A stretch of DNA of 62,658 nucleotides, the filler included, from Nemertoderma westbladi (Eukaryota > Animalia > Xenacoelomorpha), in assembly GCA_032718475.1 (NCBI GenBank). It is 3 parts of 3 records of this genome, joined end to end, with 100 filler letters (N's around TTAATTAATTAA, not from the genome) between each part and the next. Parts side by side here need not be neighbours in the genome. Positions count along the whole stretch, not along the records: positions 45,401 to 62,658 come from JAUCBJ010000485.1; 2 more parts are not named here. The stretch is one strand, 5' to 3'. Of the stretch, positions 60,506 to 62,658 are shown piece after piece. Both the position numbers and the translations under genes were made by a program. The notes below the pieces were generated by a model that was not told where the DNA came from, did not search any database, and was given only the letters and a program-made list of their open reading frames with translations. The stretch's first letter is position 1, and each line of letters opens with the position of its first letter.

Positions 60506-62658
60506 TTAAACCCCATAAAATTGAGTTTGCTTACGTTCACGACGAGGGTATTGTTTATTAGCTGTTTGAGCTTCCACTTGGTTCTCTTCCATTCTATCAA
60601 AAACCCCATAAAATTGAGTTTGCTTACGTTCACGATGAGGGTATTGTTTATTAGCTGTTTGAGCTTCCACTTGGTTCTCTTCCATCGTTTCAACGACTTC
60701 ACTAGGTGGGTGCAGTTTGCTCTGCCCCTTCTCAATATGGGCAGGTCTAGTTACATTTCCCCTTGGTGAAAGCTGTTGTGGTGGTTCCTGTCCAATTGGT
60801 TCGGATTGAACAGCTATAGGTAGTTGGTAAGGGTATTGAAAGTCCCCCACATGTTCAGCAACAACAGGTTTCAACATCCTACGATTCCTAGTACTGATGC
60901 GATCATCTGGACCACGTAATACAACCTTATGACCATTGGTCTCCATGACCCGATGACCACTGTAACCATACCCAGGGGCGTTAAATTTCTTAACCATTAC
61001 CGGTTGATTAACTGCAAGTGGCTCCAATGGTTTGGCCCGATGAGTAAAGTCGTGATCACTCTTTATCTTCTGTTGACGCTGTTCATAGCCTGGATAAGTG
61101 TCAGGAGATGACATGAGTGGGAGTGAGGGTAACCTCGTACGAAGATTGGTAGCTAAATGTTCGAACAGGACCCTTGATGGGATTGCACCAGTAATTCGAT
61201 GCTTGGTGTTACGGAGAGTAAAGATAACGGTAGATAGTCGGGTTTGAAAGCCCGCATTAGAGTTAGGAGTTGCACGCATCATCTTCTTCACTGTACGGTG
61301 AACACGTTCAACCATGCCATTTGCCTGGGGATAGCGTGCAGAAATTTCCACCAGCTTACAGTTAATACTCTGTAAATATCCTTTAAATTCATAGGACCGA
61401 AATACTGGTTCATTATCTGAAACCAATGATAATGGGAACCCGAAAGTTGCGAATATTGTATTCAAATGAGGGATGAGACGGGTTGCAGATAACGATGGCA
61501 GCGGTGTGATGTCTATGTAGCGTGAACCATAATCAATGATACTGAGACACAATCGCCCTTCGATATGGACACCATCAATAGCCAATTGCTCCCAGGGATG
61601 GTATGATGCAGATTGGTGCAATGGTTGTGGTGGAGGCAAATCGCTAGATAGCCTACAATAGTGGCAAACTGAAACAAAATGCCGCACTGCCTGTGACAAA
61701 CCAGGCCACCAGACACTAGCACGGAGTAGGTCTATGACCTTTGTAATACCAGGGTGCCCCTCATGTGCGAGTTTTATTAACATTGGACGTAAAGTAACAG
61801 GTACAACAATGCAGTTGTTGTATAATAAGATGGTGTTTTCATTAACAACAGCAGTACTCAAATCATGTCTAATTGAATAAAAAATAGACTCTGAGGCAGA
61901 TAATGCATTCCAGTCATTAAAGTGTAGTCGATCCATAACCCGTGATAGTTCAGCACACATAGCAGTCTCAGTAGCCAGGAGGTTGATATCCACCAAATGT
62001 GATTCCAGTACAAGATTAACAAATATATCAGGTATTTCCTGCTGTGTAGGCTGGACATTACTCAAAGGTGCTCGTGATAAGGTATCTGCAATGAGATTAT
62101 GCTTTCCTGGAATGAATTCAACATCAAAAGCATATGGTAATAATGAAGTTAAGAAACGTCCAATCCGTGGAGGGCACTGGTCAATAGATTTCTTGAAGAT
62201 TGATCGCAAAGGCTGGTGATCAGATAGCACAATGAAATGGCGTCCGAGTAGATACTGACGAAACTTGGTGATTCCAAATACAATTGCCAAAGTCTCACGC
62301 TCAATCTGAGAGTAACGAGTCTCAGTACTGGTAAGAGAGCGACTAGCAAATGCAACTGGTTTTAAACTACTCATGACCTTAGATGCAGCTCTCTCAGTCG
62401 ATTGTAGAAGCACTGCACCTAAACCCACTGGAGATGCATCACATTGTATATAAGTCTTGTAGTTTGTATTAAACAATTTCAATACAGGAGCAGTTGTAAG
62501 CATAACTTTTATAGTGTCAAGCGCATGTTGGCATGTATCAGTCCAGTAAAATATAGTATTGGATTTAAGAAGTTCACGGATAGGTGTGGTGATAGTGCTG
62601 AAGTGTGGCAAAAATTTTGCGAGGTATGTCGCCATGCCGAGAAATCTCTTACAATCTG
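60506..62658 (-). CDS. Ty3/Gypsy (Mag-like) pol: RT end, RNase H, integrase; runs off the window
   Basis: CDASPVGLGAVL, YSQIERETLA, SDHQPL, HEGHPG..C..C, IIDYGSRY, LVSDN, ANGMVER; open frame; 93-bp-period duplication at the C-terminus (60508-60685). Confidence 0.93.
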   Translation of the reverse strand, partial: DCKRFLGMATYLAKFLPHFSTITTPIRELLKSNTIFYWTDTCQHALDTIKVMLTTAPVLKLFNTNYKTYIQCDASPVGLGAVLLQSTERAASKVMSSLKPVAFASRSLTSTETRYSQIERETLAIVFGITKFRQYLLGRHFIVLSDHQPLRSIFKKSIDQCPPRIGRFLTSLLPYAFDVEFIPGKHNLIADTLSRAPLSNVQPTQQEIPDIFVNLVLESHLVDINLLATETAMCAELSRVMDRLHFNDWNALSASESIFYSIRHDLSTAVVNENTILLYNNCIVVPVTLRPMLIKLAHEGHPGITKVIDLLRASVWWPGLSQAVRHFVSVCHYCRLSSDLPPPQPLHQSASYHPWEQLAIDGVHIEGRLCLSIIDYGSRYIDITPLPSLSATRLIPHLNTIFATFGFPLSLVSDNEPVFRSYEFKGYLQSINCKLVEISARYPQANGMVERVHRTVKKMMRATPNSNAGFQTRLSTVIFTLRNTKHRITGAIPSRVLFEHLATNLRTRLPSLPLMSSPDTYPGYEQRQQKIKSDHDFTHRAKPLEPLAVNQPVMVKKFNAPGYGYSGHRVMETNGHKVVLRGPDDRISTRNRRMLKPVVAEHVGDFQYPYQLPIAVQSEPIGQEPPQQLSPRGNVTRPAHIEKGQSKLHPPSEVVETMEENQVEAQTANKQYPHRERKQTQFYGVFDRMEENQVEAQTANKQYPRRERKQTQFYGV

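Overview
AT-rich invertebrate (metazoan) genomic DNA. Three contigs are joined by artificial 100-nt N-TTAATTAATTAA-N linkers (28740-28839, 45301-45400), and most of the window is transposon-derived. Contig 1 holds a disrupted TEX36/HDNR-family gene, a 21.7-kb BEL/Pao LTR retrotransposon (2545-24270) and a disrupted fibrinogen-domain gene split by a 35-bp satellite. The BEL element has 2.15-kb LTRs, a near-perfect 5-bp TSD, a LINE inside the 5' LTR and a decayed gag-pol. Contig 2 holds a CR1-type RT fragment, a P-element/THAP9-type transposase, intronless APRT and PHYHD1, a MITE with a 21-bp satellite and other non-autonomous elements. Contig 3 holds a non-autonomous LTR element with an SDSEP-repeat ORF inserted in a LINE, a CRE-type retroposon inserted in a BEL integrase relic, three exons of a beta/gamma-crystallin-domain gene and an intronic Gypsy element. 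The best candidate for a new system is inside the BEL element. At the env position it encodes a >1000-aa protein with a degenerate DEDDy/WRN-like exonuclease fold plus three CCHC knuckles, preceded by env-style splice signals. The same element carries 7-8 dispersed copies of an 18-nt covarying hairpin (YCARACCYRYGGGTYTGG). All family assignments are by-eye motif recognition; no database searches were run.
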